A DNA stretch of 64,000 nt from Dehalococcoidia bacterium (GCA_963555965.3 OY821634.1:1523754-1587753); one strand, 5' to 3'; counted from the first letter of the stretch, positions 36,889 to 47,405 are shown. The notes: generated by a model not told the origin, from the letters alone. Numbers and translations are program-made.

Positions 36889-36907
36889 ATGTTTCATAGA
36901 TGTTTCA
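36889..36907. promoter_or_regulatory. Direct repeat ATGTTTCA-TAG-ATGTTTCA upstream of glnA (candidate regulator site)
   Basis: Two perfect 8-mers at 36889-36896 and 36900-36907 have an 11-bp period. They lie ~80-95 bp upstream of the glnA start, in the divergent intergenic region. Confidence 0.25.
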
Positions 36908-37016
36908 CCCCGCGTCTAGCGATGCCTGGCGGATAGCTAAAGACCGATCAATTAACATTTCTCCAGTGCATCCGAACGGCGCACTTCATCAGCGAACCTA
37001 ATCCCACCAACTCGAT

Positions 37017-37427
37017 TTGAATCCGCAACACTTGCAAGCGATAAAGATGGGAGCCGCCGCAGTCGATGATTGGCGGTCAGAGAATCCTGCCGAACGACTC
37101 GATCTGTCTGGCGCAAACCTCGCGGGAATGAACTTCAGCGGTTGGAACTTGTCACGTATCATACTCGACAATGCCGACCTCACGGGAGCATGCCTGAAAG
37201 GGGCGGACCTTTCAGAAGCGTGGGCTAGACGCACCAAATTTGTCAATGCCGATCTCAGCGACACCGCGCTCTTCCGCACCAGTTTGGCCGGCGCCGATCT
37301 TCGCGATGCCAACCTGAGCAACACAAACATGTATCGTTGCATACTCAGAGACGCTGTATTGAACGACGGTACGAATCTGAACAGAGCGTGGACCGCCAAG
37401 GTGATCTGGCCCAACACCAACAAATGA
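37017..37427 (+). CDS. Pentapeptide repeat protein
   Basis: Consecutive A(D/N)LxG-type pentapeptides occur: LSGANLAGMNFSGWNLSR...ADLTGACLKGADLSEA...ADLSDT...ADLRDANLSNTN. The start is uncertain (TTG 37017 or ATG 37047). Confidence 0.85.
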   Translation: MNPQHLQAIKMGAAAVDDWRSENPAERLDLSGANLAGMNFSGWNLSRIILDNADLTGACLKGADLSEAWARRTKFVNADLSDTALFRTSLAGADLRDANLSNTNMYRCILRDAVLNDGTNLNRAWTAKVIWPNTNK

Positions 37428-37457
37428 ACTCCACCGCTACTCAGGGAGGAATCACAG

Positions 37458-38384
37458 ATGCAAATGGTAGATTTTGGCAAAACCGATTACTCAGTATCTC
37501 GATTAGGCGCAGGCCTCGCGGAGATCGGTTCAGAACTTAACTTCGATGATGTCGAGCAGGCCGGGAGTGTTCTGAACAATGCGCTCGACATGGGCATAAA
37601 CTTCCTCGACACCGCCGCATGTTATGGCATATCAGAGGAACTCATAGGCCGTACGGTCGCCAATCGCAGGGATGAGTATGTGCTTGTGACGAAAGCTGGT
37701 CATGCTCGTGGGGGCGGGTTGAATGGCAGCGATTGGACGTATGAGACGGTGCGCGACTCGATCGATCGCAGTCTGCGTCGTCTGAACACTGACTATGTCG
37801 ATCTGGTGCAACTCCATTCCTGTGGCATTTCCGACCTTGAGAGGGGCGACATCATCCGAGCGCTTGAAGACGCGCGGGATGCCGGGAAGACTCGCATGAT
37901 CGGATACTCGGGCGACAACGAGGCTGCGCACTGGGCTGTTGACTCGGGAGTGTTTGCCACATTACAGACCAGCTTCAATGTCGTCGAGCAGCGGGCATAT
38001 ACGACGGGACTGCTGGAGAAGTGCGCTGACAATGGGATTGGTGTGATTGTCAAACGTCCGATCGCCGGTGCGACTTGGGGCATGGCGAAATCAGGGATGT
38101 CGAGTTCGCGGCGCGGGTACGACAACACTTATCTGCAGCGATGCCAAGTGGTTCAGCAGCAAGGAGATGTGCCCGGCGAGCCTGAGGATCCGATCGTCGC
38201 TGCCATGGGCTTCACGCTCGCGCATCCAGAGATTCACGTCGCGATCATCGGGACTAAGAACCCGCGGCACATGGCATCGAATATCGAGACGCTTGAGGAA
38301 GCGCTCAGCATAGATAACACGTTCGTCGATGTGATGCATGACCGTTTTGCCGAGTTGGACGACGATTGGCATCAGTTGACATGA
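37458..38384 (+). CDS. Aldo/keto reductase
   Basis: 308 aa with GINFLDTAACYG and YVDLVQLH. GGGAGG lies upstream of the start. Confidence 0.85.
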   Translation: MQMVDFGKTDYSVSRLGAGLAEIGSELNFDDVEQAGSVLNNALDMGINFLDTAACYGISEELIGRTVANRRDEYVLVTKAGHARGGGLNGSDWTYETVRDSIDRSLRRLNTDYVDLVQLHSCGISDLERGDIIRALEDARDAGKTRMIGYSGDNEAAHWAVDSGVFATLQTSFNVVEQRAYTTGLLEKCADNGIGVIVKRPIAGATWGMAKSGMSSSRRGYDNTYLQRCQVVQQQGDVPGEPEDPIVAAMGFTLAHPEIHVAIIGTKNPRHMASNIETLEEALSIDNTFVDVMHDRFAELDDDWHQLT

Positions 38385-39544
38385 AGATCGAACGTATCGA
38401 GATCCATCCTCTTGTGGGCAAGCTGGAGGAACCGTTCGGTTGGTCGCAGCGATGGACAGATGAACGCCGGACTACCGTCGTTAAGATCGTTGCGAATGAC
38501 GGTTCATACGGATGGGGAGAGACTGGGACGAGCACTGAGGCTCTAGCTGGAGCCGCGTCGAGGTTGATCGGCGAAAACCCCGAGCGTATCGGCGCGATCT
38601 GGCAGTCGATTGTGAATCCTACGTATCAAGGCGGCGGATTCACTGGATTTTCGTCGAATATCGCAAGCGCGATCGATATGGCGTTGCACGACTTGGTGGG
38701 GCGTTCACGCGGGTTGCCGGTTTATGAGCTCCTCGGCGGCAAGGTTCGAGATCGTATATGCGCCTACGCGACGGGGCTCTACTATGTGCCATCGGACTTG
38801 GAAGACCCTACATGGGGGGATTTTCTAGAGGAAGCTCAGGGTTATGTAGATCAGGGTTTCTCGGGCATGAAGATGAAGGTCGGCGGGTTGAAGTTGGACG
38901 AGGATGTGGATCGTGTGCATGCTCTTCGTCGGCAGGTTGGCGACAATATCCGCATCATGGTAGATGCCAACGAGGCGTATGACCCGATGACCGCGCTTCG
39001 GGTGGCTAATCGCATTGCGGACGCGGATGTTACGTGGTTCGAGGAACCATGCTCATCGCGTGCGGACGATGACAACCTGCTCGTAACTATGCGCTCGCCG
39101 GTTCCGACGTCGGGCGGCGAGTCGGCGAGTACGCGACGAGAGGTGGCGAGGCTACTCAAGAAGCGGATCTTCGACATCATCCAGCCGGAGATCGTTAATG
39201 TTGGTGGTATCACGGAGTTGAAGCTATCGGCGTCTATGGCCGAGGCGTTCAACGTGCGTTTCGTACCGCACTTCTGGAACACCGCAATCAGCTTTTCAGC
39301 CATTCTCCATACGCTCGCGACGGTTTCGCAGTCTCCGCCCGCGCACCCGAAAGAGCCTTACGTGAACGAGCCAGTAACTGAGTTCGACCAGACCCCACAT
39401 CCGATACGGTACGCGTTGACGGATCCGGTTTTCACGCAGACGGAGAGCCATGTCAAGGTGCCGGATAAGCCGGGGTTAGGTGTTGAGGTAGATGAGGAAG
39501 TGTTGGCGCACTTCAGAGAAGGCGACGCGGTGGTTGTCGGTTAG
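38381..39544 (+). CDS. Mandelate racemase / muconate lactonizing enzyme family (enolase superfamily)
   Basis: MKIERIEIHP...GSYGWGE...AIDMALHDLVGRSRGLPVYELLGG...MVDANEAY. ATGA start/stop overlap with the aldo/keto reductase. Confidence 0.85.
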   Translation: MKIERIEIHPLVGKLEEPFGWSQRWTDERRTTVVKIVANDGSYGWGETGTSTEALAGAASRLIGENPERIGAIWQSIVNPTYQGGGFTGFSSNIASAIDMALHDLVGRSRGLPVYELLGGKVRDRICAYATGLYYVPSDLEDPTWGDFLEEAQGYVDQGFSGMKMKVGGLKLDEDVDRVHALRRQVGDNIRIMVDANEAYDPMTALRVANRIADADVTWFEEPCSSRADDDNLLVTMRSPVPTSGGESASTRREVARLLKKRIFDIIQPEIVNVGGITELKLSASMAEAFNVRFVPHFWNTAISFSAILHTLATVSQSPPAHPKEPYVNEPVTEFDQTPHPIRYALTDPVFTQTESHVKVPDKPGLGVEVDEEVLAHFREGDAVVVG

Positions 39545-39572
39545 GTCGCACACCCGCGTTAGCATTGAGTGC

Positions 39573-40745
39573 ATGTCTGTTTCGACTGCCGCTACAACGG
39601 ACCAAAAACCGATCATTTTGGACTTTTCGCGCTCGGAGTTGGAGCGCGAAGTGGTGGATGTGTTGGGACAGTCGAAGTTTCGGGCGAAGCAAATTTGGCA
39701 GGGGTTGCATCGAGAGTGCTTGCTGGATTTCGAGTTAGTGACGACGTTGCCGAAGGGGTTGCGGGATGAGTTGGCGCGGCGATATACGGCGAACCCTCTA
39801 GAGAAGGTAATGCATCTGACATCGGCGGATGGTTCGACTGACAAGGCGTTGTTCCGGCTTGCTGATGGTGAGTTGGTGGAGACAGTTTTAATGCGCTACG
39901 CAGCTGACTCGCATCGCAAGGCGCGAAAGACGGTTTGCGTTTCGACGCAGGCGGGATGCGCTTTGGGCTGCACGTTCTGCGCGACGGGTCAGCAGGGATT
40001 TCGCAGGCAGTTGACGACTGGTGAGATTGTGGCTCAGATCATCTTCATGCAGCGGATAGCGCTTGGGGAGGACAGATCCGAGGTGGAAAACGGAGCGCGG
40101 GAGCTAGGCAGCGTCCAAGGTGTGACGAACGTCGTCTTCATGGGAATGGGCGAGCCGCTTGCGAACTACGAGAACACGATGTCGGCGATCCGATCGATCA
40201 ACGATGCGAACGGCTTGGCGGTCGGTGCTCGGCACATCACGCTTTCGACGGTTGGCTTGGCACCGCAGATCGTTCGGTTGGCACGCGAGAACATTCAGAT
40301 CAACTTGGCAGTGTCGCTGCACGCGCCGGACGATGCGACGCGCTCGCAAACGATGCCGATCAACCGCCGCTATCCGATATCAGTCTTGCTAGATGCATGT
40401 CGTCGGTACGTAGAGATGACCGATCGTCGGATCTTCTTCGAGTACGTGTTGCTGCAAGATCAGAACGACAGAGTCCGTCACGCTCGTCGCCTCGGCGAGT
40501 TGCTGTCCGGAATGTTGTGCCATGTGAACCTGATCCCGGTCAACCCGACTGCAGATGGGCCTTACCGGCGCACGAGCCGCGCAGATGCCGAGCGGTTTCA
40601 ACTTGAACTGCGAAGATACGGCGTGCCGTCGACGGTGCGTATCGAGAAGGGCATCGATATTGACGCGGGCTGTGGGCAATTAAGGGCGCGGGTAATTGAT
40701 GCTGATGCGCTACTAAAGGATGTCATTCCAGCATCGCAATCGTGA
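39573..40745 (+). CDS. rlmN: 23S rRNA (adenine2503-C2)-methyltransferase, radical SAM
   Basis: FRAKQIWQGLH, CVSTQAGCALGCTFCATGQ (CxxxCxxC) and GMGEPLANY are present. I chose the ATG at 39573 over the track start 39492. Confidence 0.9.
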   Translation: MSVSTAATTDQKPIILDFSRSELEREVVDVLGQSKFRAKQIWQGLHRECLLDFELVTTLPKGLRDELARRYTANPLEKVMHLTSADGSTDKALFRLADGELVETVLMRYAADSHRKARKTVCVSTQAGCALGCTFCATGQQGFRRQLTTGEIVAQIIFMQRIALGEDRSEVENGARELGSVQGVTNVVFMGMGEPLANYENTMSAIRSINDANGLAVGARHITLSTVGLAPQIVRLARENIQINLAVSLHAPDDATRSQTMPINRRYPISVLLDACRRYVEMTDRRIFFEYVLLQDQNDRVRHARRLGELLSGMLCHVNLIPVNPTADGPYRRTSRADAERFQLELRRYGVPSTVRIEKGIDIDAGCGQLRARVIDADALLKDVIPASQS

Positions 40746-43203
40746 CGCCGTTGCCGCCGGCGTTTCGTGGCGCGGGTTGGAACGTTTCGACGTGGGATTC
40801 GCGTGACAAGATATCGCGGACGGCTTGTCGGAGCGCGCCAGTTCCTTCGCCGTGGATTATGCGGACACTGGTGAAGCCTTGCATGAAGGCTCTATCGATG
40901 AACTGCGGAATCATCGATTCGATCATATGGACGCGGGAACCGCGGACATCTAAATCGCCAGCCGCGTCGGAAACACGCGTCATCTTGGTTGTTGGTTGCA
41001 GCGATGAAGATTGGTCTAACGTGGGCGCGCTCCTAGAAGCCTTTACGAGTGTCATCATGTGTGGGCGCGCTTGGAAGCGCATCGAACCGGACAGTATGAC
41101 GGCGCGCCCGTCACGTTCCAGCTCGACGATCTCGCCAGTCAGTCCGAGACTCTCGACTCTGACAACGTCGCCGATCGCGAATTTAGGTGGGTTGCTGGCG
41201 GGCATCCCCCGCGGTCGCTGCGCTCCCGCGCCCCCTTCGCTTTGCGAAAGGGGCGAATCAGACGTGCCCATCCAGGCTTCACTGCCAACTGAACGTGCGA
41301 CATCGGCGGCTGATTGTCTGGCTTCTTGCCAGGTGTTGTCGCGCTCCGCTTCGCGCATGAGACGACGCAGTCGGCGGCGTACGCGTTGGGCTTCGTGTTT
41401 CAGCTGTTCGCGCGCCTCTTCGATCGCTTTGTCGCGTTCGTTCTCGGCGCGCTGGAGATGGGCTTCTGCCTCCGCTCTCATGCGTTCGGCCTCGGAGCGA
41501 TCTTCAGCGGCTTGCTGTTGAACGTCGCCAATCTGGTCGCGTTCTTGTTGTAGCGATTTCAGGAGGCTCTCGGTCTGCGACCGCAGGGGATCGAGCATCG
41601 TTACGGCGCGATCGACGATCGATTGTTCGAGTCCGAGCCGTTGAGCGACCTGCATGGCGTAGCTCTGGCCTGACAAACCCATGATCAGTCGGTAGTTCGG
41701 AAGCATCGTCTCCGGGTCGAGTTCGACTGATGCGTTGGCGAGATGGTCGTGTTTTGCGGCGAATTCGGAGACTGGACGATGGTGAGTGGTGATACATGTC
41801 CAAGCGCCGTTGGCTACCAAGCGCTCGAGTATGGCGCGGGCGAGTGCTGAGCCTTCTTCGGGATCAGTACCTGTACCGAGTTCATCGAGTAGCACGAGTG
41901 ATCTATCAGAAGCGTGTGCGAGGATTCGTATCACGCGCTCCATGTGGGATGAAAAGGTGGATACGCTGCGGTCGATACTTTGAGCATCTCCGATATCGGC
42001 GTATACACCCTCGAAAACAGGTAACTCAGATGCTTCCCGCGCAGGGATTTGCAGCCCGAATTGATGCATCAGGGCCATCAGCCCGAGCGTCTTAAGAGCG
42101 ATCGTCTTGCCTCCGGTATTGGGTCCGGTGATTACCAATCCGCGTCTGGTCTCGTCGAGTCGTATGGTGATGGGAACTGCATCATCGCCGATAAGGGGGT
42201 GCCGCGCTTCGAGCAGAACGAGGTTGATCGGTTCGTCTGAAGCGGGATCGAAGCTGGTTTTCGGGCGGATACCACCTATTTTTAACGACAAACGACCTCT
42301 GGCAACCGCTACGTCGAGATTGGCGGCGGCTTGCAAGGATGCCATCGCATCTTCGCCGTGCAGGGCGATCGCGCGCGACAGTTTTCGCAGCACGCGCTCC
42401 TCTTCCTTCTCCGCTTCGTACGCGGCTTCACGCCACTCGTTGGCGGCATCGACCACTGTGAATGGTTCGATGAATGCGGTTTGACCGCTGGAGGAGACGT
42501 CGTGGATGATGCCTCGTACGAATCCGCGATGCGAGGACTTGACCTCTAGAACCAATCGGTCGCCGCGTGATGCGATCACGTTTGACTGCAACACCGGTTT
42601 CAAATCTTCGCGCGACGCGAGTCGTTCCATCATTCGCATGGCGCGTTGGTAGGCGGTGCGTGATCGCTCGCGCATCTGGCCGAGGCGTGGTGTGGCGCTG
42701 TCGAGCACGTCACCTGAATCCGAGAGCGCCTCGACAATGCTGGTTCGAACCTCGCGAAGGTCGCGGATCTGGGATGCCATATCGGAGAGCAAAGGCAATT
42801 CGTCCGTGATCATCATCACGGTTGATCTGGCGACCCACATGGACTGGAAGATGCTGCACAGCACCAACAGCTCGGAACCATTGAGCATGCCTCCGAGGAT
42901 GGCGCGACGCAGCGGCTCCCGCGGGTCTCGCATTCCGGCCAAGCCGATGTCGCCCTTGGAGTTGAGAAGCGCTACGGCCTCGGCGGTTTCGTCCTGTAGG
43001 CGCGTGACGTCTTCTGGGTGGCGAACGGGTCGCGCCTCGCGTATGATTTCGCGCGACATGTAAAACCGGGCTTCTTTGGCTAGCATCTCGCGAACGCGGT
43101 TGAACTCCAAGAGGTTTTCTGCTTCTTGGAGCATTAAGTCTGAATCGACGCCAGAACTGGATTGCGGCGGATCAGAGTTAGTTTTGGTATCGGATAATGT
43201 CAT
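40723..43203 (-). CDS. mutS2: Endonuclease MutS2 (MutS-like ATPase with C-terminal Smr domain)
   Basis: 826 aa. The Walker A is ITGPNTGGKTIALKT, DELGTGTDP is present, and the C-terminal Smr is DVRGSRVHM...IIHGEGTGALR. Confidence 0.9.
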   Translation of the reverse strand: MTLSDTKTNSDPPQSSSGVDSDLMLQEAENLLEFNRVREMLAKEARFYMSREIIREARPVRHPEDVTRLQDETAEAVALLNSKGDIGLAGMRDPREPLRRAILGGMLNGSELLVLCSIFQSMWVARSTVMMITDELPLLSDMASQIRDLREVRTSIVEALSDSGDVLDSATPRLGQMRERSRTAYQRAMRMMERLASREDLKPVLQSNVIASRGDRLVLEVKSSHRGFVRGIIHDVSSSGQTAFIEPFTVVDAANEWREAAYEAEKEEERVLRKLSRAIALHGEDAMASLQAAANLDVAVARGRLSLKIGGIRPKTSFDPASDEPINLVLLEARHPLIGDDAVPITIRLDETRRGLVITGPNTGGKTIALKTLGLMALMHQFGLQIPAREASELPVFEGVYADIGDAQSIDRSVSTFSSHMERVIRILAHASDRSLVLLDELGTGTDPEEGSALARAILERLVANGAWTCITTHHRPVSEFAAKHDHLANASVELDPETMLPNYRLIMGLSGQSYAMQVAQRLGLEQSIVDRAVTMLDPLRSQTESLLKSLQQERDQIGDVQQQAAEDRSEAERMRAEAEAHLQRAENERDKAIEEAREQLKHEAQRVRRRLRRLMREAERDNTWQEARQSAADVARSVGSEAWMGTSDSPLSQSEGGAGAQRPRGMPASNPPKFAIGDVVRVESLGLTGEIVELERDGRAVILSGSMRFQARPHMMTLVKASRSAPTLDQSSSLQPTTKMTRVSDAAGDLDVRGSRVHMIESMIPQFIDRAFMQGFTSVRIIHGEGTGALRQAVRDILSRESHVETFQPAPRNAGGNGVTIAMLE

Positions 43204-43276
43204 GCAACCCCAATTTTAGACGCGACGTATTCCGTGGCACGTTGGCAGGGTTCTTGAATAGATAGGCAGTGGCATC

Positions 43277-44209
43277 TTGGATATTGCTGTTGATAGGGTC
43301 ATTTCGGCACCAGATGAGAGCTTGGAGCGCATCCGAGCGGCTGGTGATCGATTGATGTCGCTCTCGAACTTGCGTTACGAGGGGCGGTACGTACCAGCGG
43401 GTGGGTTCCAACGTATACACGTGATGGAGTTTGGGGATGGACCTCCAGTGCTGTTAGTGCACGGAGCCGGTAGCGGTGGGGCTATCTGGCATCGACAGAT
43501 CGCTGCATTGGCAATGGATCGCAGAGTGATTGTTCCTGATGTTCCCATGTTCGGCATGTCGGAAATCCCGGAACTCGTGCACGCGCCGAGGTCGCAAATC
43601 GGAGATGTGATTTTGGGCGTGATGGATGCTCTCAGCATCGATACCGCCGACATCGCAGGACACTCAATGGGGGCACTGGGCTCCATTGGCGCGATGACCC
43701 GCGAACCGAAGCGCTTCGAACGCGCGGTGCTGATGTCATCGCCGGGATTTGGTCGGGGTTTGAATTGGCTTCTGCGGCTGGCATCGGTCCGAATTATGCA
43801 ACGGTTCATCAGATACAACTCCAGACGAGACCGTACCTTCTTTTTTGATCGGTTCGAAGCGCAACGATCCGGCCCTTCGGACGAGCGCGAGACGTGGAAA
43901 GAGTTGCATTTCCGGGTGGGTAGTCGGAACGGAGCGGTCGACTCGTTTCATCAAGGTATGGGAAGGTTTACGGGCTTATTCGGACAACGCGATTTATTGT
44001 CTGAGGTAGATCTGGCTGCTATCAGAGCATCAACGTTGTTTATCTGGGGCGATTCAGACAGGATAATCCCGACGCGCCACAGCAAAAAAGCAGTTGAGTT
44101 GTTGCCGAATGCGAGACTTGAGATCATTGAAGACTGCGGTCACTTGGTGCAGTTGGAAGCGCCGCAACGCGTGACCCAACTCATGGTCGATTGGTTTAGA
44201 GTCAACTGA
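43277..44209 (+). CDS. Alpha/beta hydrolase fold protein
   Basis: PVLLVHGAGSGG, the nucleophile elbow GHSMGA, and C-terminal DCGHL are present. The start is uncertain (43277 TTG or 43355 ATG). Confidence 0.8.
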   Translation: MDIAVDRVISAPDESLERIRAAGDRLMSLSNLRYEGRYVPAGGFQRIHVMEFGDGPPVLLVHGAGSGGAIWHRQIAALAMDRRVIVPDVPMFGMSEIPELVHAPRSQIGDVILGVMDALSIDTADIAGHSMGALGSIGAMTREPKRFERAVLMSSPGFGRGLNWLLRLASVRIMQRFIRYNSRRDRTFFFDRFEAQRSGPSDERETWKELHFRVGSRNGAVDSFHQGMGRFTGLFGQRDLLSEVDLAAIRASTLFIWGDSDRIIPTRHSKKAVELLPNARLEIIEDCGHLVQLEAPQRVTQLMVDWFRVN

Positions 44210-45110
44210 ATCGATCGCCAATCGACAAACTGCTCTCGTGTGCCGGTTTTTTCGGGCCGCGACCGACTCTTACTCTTTTCACTTTGACTGAACCTCCGAA
44301 GGTCGAAACAGTCATTCCTATCCCATCGATTTCGAGTATCGTTCCTGGATCAACGGCGGTATCGTTGCGAGATGTCTTGGTGCTGCCAAACAACGAGACC
44401 TTTTCATCGCTCAACGTGGTCCATGCGCCAGGTTGAGGATCGCAGCCGCGGATCAAGTTATGGACACTGTCCGCGTCGTTCGACCAATCGACTTGAGCCT
44501 CCTTGGAACCGCACCATCCCTCGTAGGTAGCGTGGCCCTCGTCTTGGACGATGTGTGGAGCGTTTCCACCAGCTACCAGGTCCACTGATTCCACTAATGC
44601 TTCGACACCCATTGGGAAGAGGTGGTTGAAATAAAGTGAACCCACGGAGTCGTTCGGCGCGATTTCAACTCGCTTCTGCATCAGGATCGGGCCGGTATCG
44701 AGTCCCTCGTCCGGCCAGAATATCGATAAGCCGGTTTCAGTATCGCCGTGGATGATCGCCCAGTTGATAGAGCTCGGTCCGCGATGTAGCGGGAGAAGTG
44801 AAGGGTGGTATTGGATGGTCCCACGACTCGGTCCGTCGATGATTTCATTCGGAACAATGTCAGTTACATATGCCATGACGCAGAGATCGGCGTCGAGAGA
44901 TCGGAAAACGTCGATGCATTTCCAGTCTCTCATCCGTTTGAACTGCCAGACCGGAATGTCCATAGCCTCGGCGGCGGTTGCGAGTGGTTCTCGTCTACGG
45001 CGTCCGTCGGGCGCAGCGAACACCCCAACAATTTCGTGTTGACTGAGTTCTTCCAATGCTTCTAGGACCGCTTTTCCGAATGCGGATTGACCGATAAGGG
45101 CGATTTTCAT
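44202..45110 (-). CDS. Formyltransferase family protein (methionyl-tRNA formyltransferase-like)
   Basis: MKIALIGQSAFG, HPSLLPLHRGPSSINWAIIHGDTETG and DTGPI are present. Confidence 0.8.
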   Translation of the reverse strand: MKIALIGQSAFGKAVLEALEELSQHEIVGVFAAPDGRRRREPLATAAEAMDIPVWQFKRMRDWKCIDVFRSLDADLCVMAYVTDIVPNEIIDGPSRGTIQYHPSLLPLHRGPSSINWAIIHGDTETGLSIFWPDEGLDTGPILMQKRVEIAPNDSVGSLYFNHLFPMGVEALVESVDLVAGGNAPHIVQDEGHATYEGWCGSKEAQVDWSNDADSVHNLIRGCDPQPGAWTTLSDEKVSLFGSTKTSRNDTAVDPGTILEIDGIGMTVSTFGGSVKVKRVRVGRGPKKPAHESSLSIGDRFS

Positions 45111-45168
45111 TGGGCGACGCTTATCCTTGTATCTGTGTTAATGGCAAAGTGGCAAGCGATAACACTCA

Positions 45169-45555
45169 GTGTCTGAACCTACCACATCATCAGAATATTT
45201 CGCGCGGGGATTGAAATCGGCGCAACTTGGTCAGCCGGATGCGGCGGCGCGGGACTTTGAAGAGGCGGCTTGGTTGGACCCAGAGAACGCTACGATACAG
45301 TTCAATCTTGGAACGGCATATCTCAGCATGGGGTTCTTCGAGCAGGCAGTGATAAGTCTCGATAGGGCACTGGATTTGGAGCCCGAAAACTCGGATGCAT
45401 TGGGCAACCGTGCGGTGGCGAGAACCGCGTTGGGGCAGGATGAACTAGCGGAAGCGGATATCACGAAGGCGATCGAACTCGGGGCGCCGCCCGACGGAAT
45501 ACATGCGGTTGTTGAATACGTGAAGCAGCGTCGAAGGCCCCAAGATGTACGTTAG
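45169..45555 (+). CDS. Tetratricopeptide repeat protein
   Basis: 128 aa with three TPR-like units (AARDFEEAAWLDPEN, AVISLDRALDLEPEN). Confidence 0.7.
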   Translation: MSEPTTSSEYFARGLKSAQLGQPDAAARDFEEAAWLDPENATIQFNLGTAYLSMGFFEQAVISLDRALDLEPENSDALGNRAVARTALGQDELAEADITKAIELGAPPDGIHAVVEYVKQRRRPQDVR

Positions 45556-45618
45556 GGGATAGAATCAGGTTTTAATCCATCCCAAAATCGTCAAGTACGA
45601 GAGAGGCGGAGATAAGCG

Positions 45619-46659
45619 ATGTCTAAGACGCGTGTCGGCATCATCAACGTTACCGGATACGCCGGTTCCGAACTGGCGCGCATCCTGTACCGACATCCAG
45701 ATGTGACGGTTGAGCAGGTAACCGGTCGGAGCGCGGCCGGCAAACAGCTCAGCGAGGTCTACCCGCACCTTCTTGACGCTGATATGACGATCTCGCCGAA
45801 TCTCGATTCGTCGGTCGATTTTGTCTTCTCAGCGTTGCCTCATGCTGCAAGCGCGGAGGCGTTGAGTCCGTTCATCGAAGAAGATGTTCGGTGCGTTGAC
45901 ATCAGCGCTGACTTCCGTCTCAAAGACATGAATGTTTTTGAGACTTGGTACAAGACAGCGCACCCATGTCCTCAATACATCGAGAACGCCGTGTACGGAC
46001 TGCCGGAACTTCACCGCGAGGATGTCAAGCGGAGCCGTCTGATCGCCAACCCCGGCTGTTATCCGACTGGAACGATACTCGGACTGGCTCCGGCTTTCGA
46101 CTCGGACATCATTGAAACCGATGTGATCAGCGACTCGAAGTCCGGCGTTTCGGGGGCCGGCCGTAAAGGCGACGTCGCGTACAACTTCAACGAGATCAAT
46201 GACAATATGTCGGCGTATGGGCTGAGCGGGCATCGGCACATGCCAGAGATGTCGCAGGAGCTCAGCGCGTTGTCGAAGCATGGCGAGGTCAAGGTGACGT
46301 TTGTGCCGCACCTCGCTCCGATGACGCGCGGTATTCTTGGCACTCACTACGCCCAACTGCGTTCCACGAGGGGGAAGAGCGAAGTCTCCCAAGAAGAGGC
46401 GACCGACATCTACCGCACTTTCTACGCTGATGAGCCGTTTGTGCGAGTGGTTTCGTCCGCGCCGTCTACTAAAGAGACTTGGGGCAGCAACCATGTCCTT
46501 ATAAACGTCAACGTGGACGTTTACAGCGGTCGATTAATCGTGGTAACCGCGTTGGACAACCTAGTTAAAGGTGCTGCCGGAGCAGGCGTTCAGAACATGA
46601 ACCTGATGCTCGGGTTACCCGAAACGACAGGTTTGGAAACGCTTGCGGTTTATCCGTAG
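45619..46659 (+). CDS. argC: N-acetyl-gamma-glutamyl-phosphate reductase
   Basis: VGIINVTGYAGSEL, the active-site NPGCYPT, and GAAGAGVQNMNLMLGL are present. Confidence 0.92.
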   Translation: MSKTRVGIINVTGYAGSELARILYRHPDVTVEQVTGRSAAGKQLSEVYPHLLDADMTISPNLDSSVDFVFSALPHAASAEALSPFIEEDVRCVDISADFRLKDMNVFETWYKTAHPCPQYIENAVYGLPELHREDVKRSRLIANPGCYPTGTILGLAPAFDSDIIETDVISDSKSGVSGAGRKGDVAYNFNEINDNMSAYGLSGHRHMPEMSQELSALSKHGEVKVTFVPHLAPMTRGILGTHYAQLRSTRGKSEVSQEEATDIYRTFYADEPFVRVVSSAPSTKETWGSNHVLINVNVDVYSGRLIVVTALDNLVKGAAGAGVQNMNLMLGLPETTGLETLAVYP

Positions 46660-46699
46660 CGGCTGCCCTGATCCTGTAATAAGAGTAGGCGCAGGGCGA

Positions 46700-47374
46700 T
46701 CACGCATCTGCCTTTCGCCACCTCACCAACAGATGATGCCCACCGCGGCGGCGCAGGGCGTTGTTGATCACGGTTATCAGCTGGCGGTCGGTGATAATTT
46801 TCGACTTTTGCAAGAGTCTTGCTTCTTCCTCTTTGGAGTGGAGGAAGGTTTGCGCGAGTTCCGTCACGTCGCGTCGGAGTTCGACGGTAAGGCCGTGCTG
46901 GGTCGCGATCTCTTCCGGACTAGGAGCATCGAGTCGAAATAGAGCGCTTAGTAGGAAGCGTCCTCCGGGCTTCAGAACCTTCACCACCTCGTCCATGTCG
47001 TAGATGTCGGTTGAAACTACGAGGTCGATTGAGTTGGCTTCAAGCCCCGTGTTTTCTACAGGCGCTACGATGAATTTGCACCGTTGATCGACGCCTTCGA
47101 TCTGTGCCAGGTCTGTCGCGGTCGCAATTGCATCCTCGTCGATGTCATTGCCGTAAACGGTGCAGTTGTAAAGGGATGCGAGCCACCTTGCGTTACCGCC
47201 AACCGCACAAGCCATGTCGAGGATTACCGAGTCATCGCCTGGTTCGATGTCGAAAAGACCCACCTTTAGGATGGTCTGATTTGCTCCAAGGTGCATGAAC
47301 TCGCCGAACAACAGACTGTCGGCGGTCCCGTTCTCGTCGTACCAGCGTTGAAGGCGTTGAGTTTTGTTCATCAT
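46700..47374 (-). CDS. Class I SAM-dependent methyltransferase
   Basis: ILDMACAVGGNARWLA (motif I) and VLKPGGRFLL are present. I chose the ATG at 47374. The longer track ORF (to 47611) would overlap the upstream HAD gene. Confidence 0.7.
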   Translation of the reverse strand: MMNKTQRLQRWYDENGTADSLLFGEFMHLGANQTILKVGLFDIEPGDDSVILDMACAVGGNARWLASLYNCTVYGNDIDEDAIATATDLAQIEGVDQRCKFIVAPVENTGLEANSIDLVVSTDIYDMDEVVKVLKPGGRFLLSALFRLDAPSPEEIATQHGLTVELRRDVTELAQTFLHSKEEEARLLQKSKIITDRQLITVINNALRRRGGHHLLVRWRKADA

Positions 47375-47405
47375 CTCTTGCGTTTCATCGATTGTGCTGT
47401 TCGCT

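Noticed and set aside
36812-36960. glnA RNA (glutamine riboswitch) or T-box-like leader upstream of glnA.
   Set aside because: No recognisable conserved core or terminator/antiterminator pairing was seen by eye. Only the short direct repeat was found, and it is reported separately.
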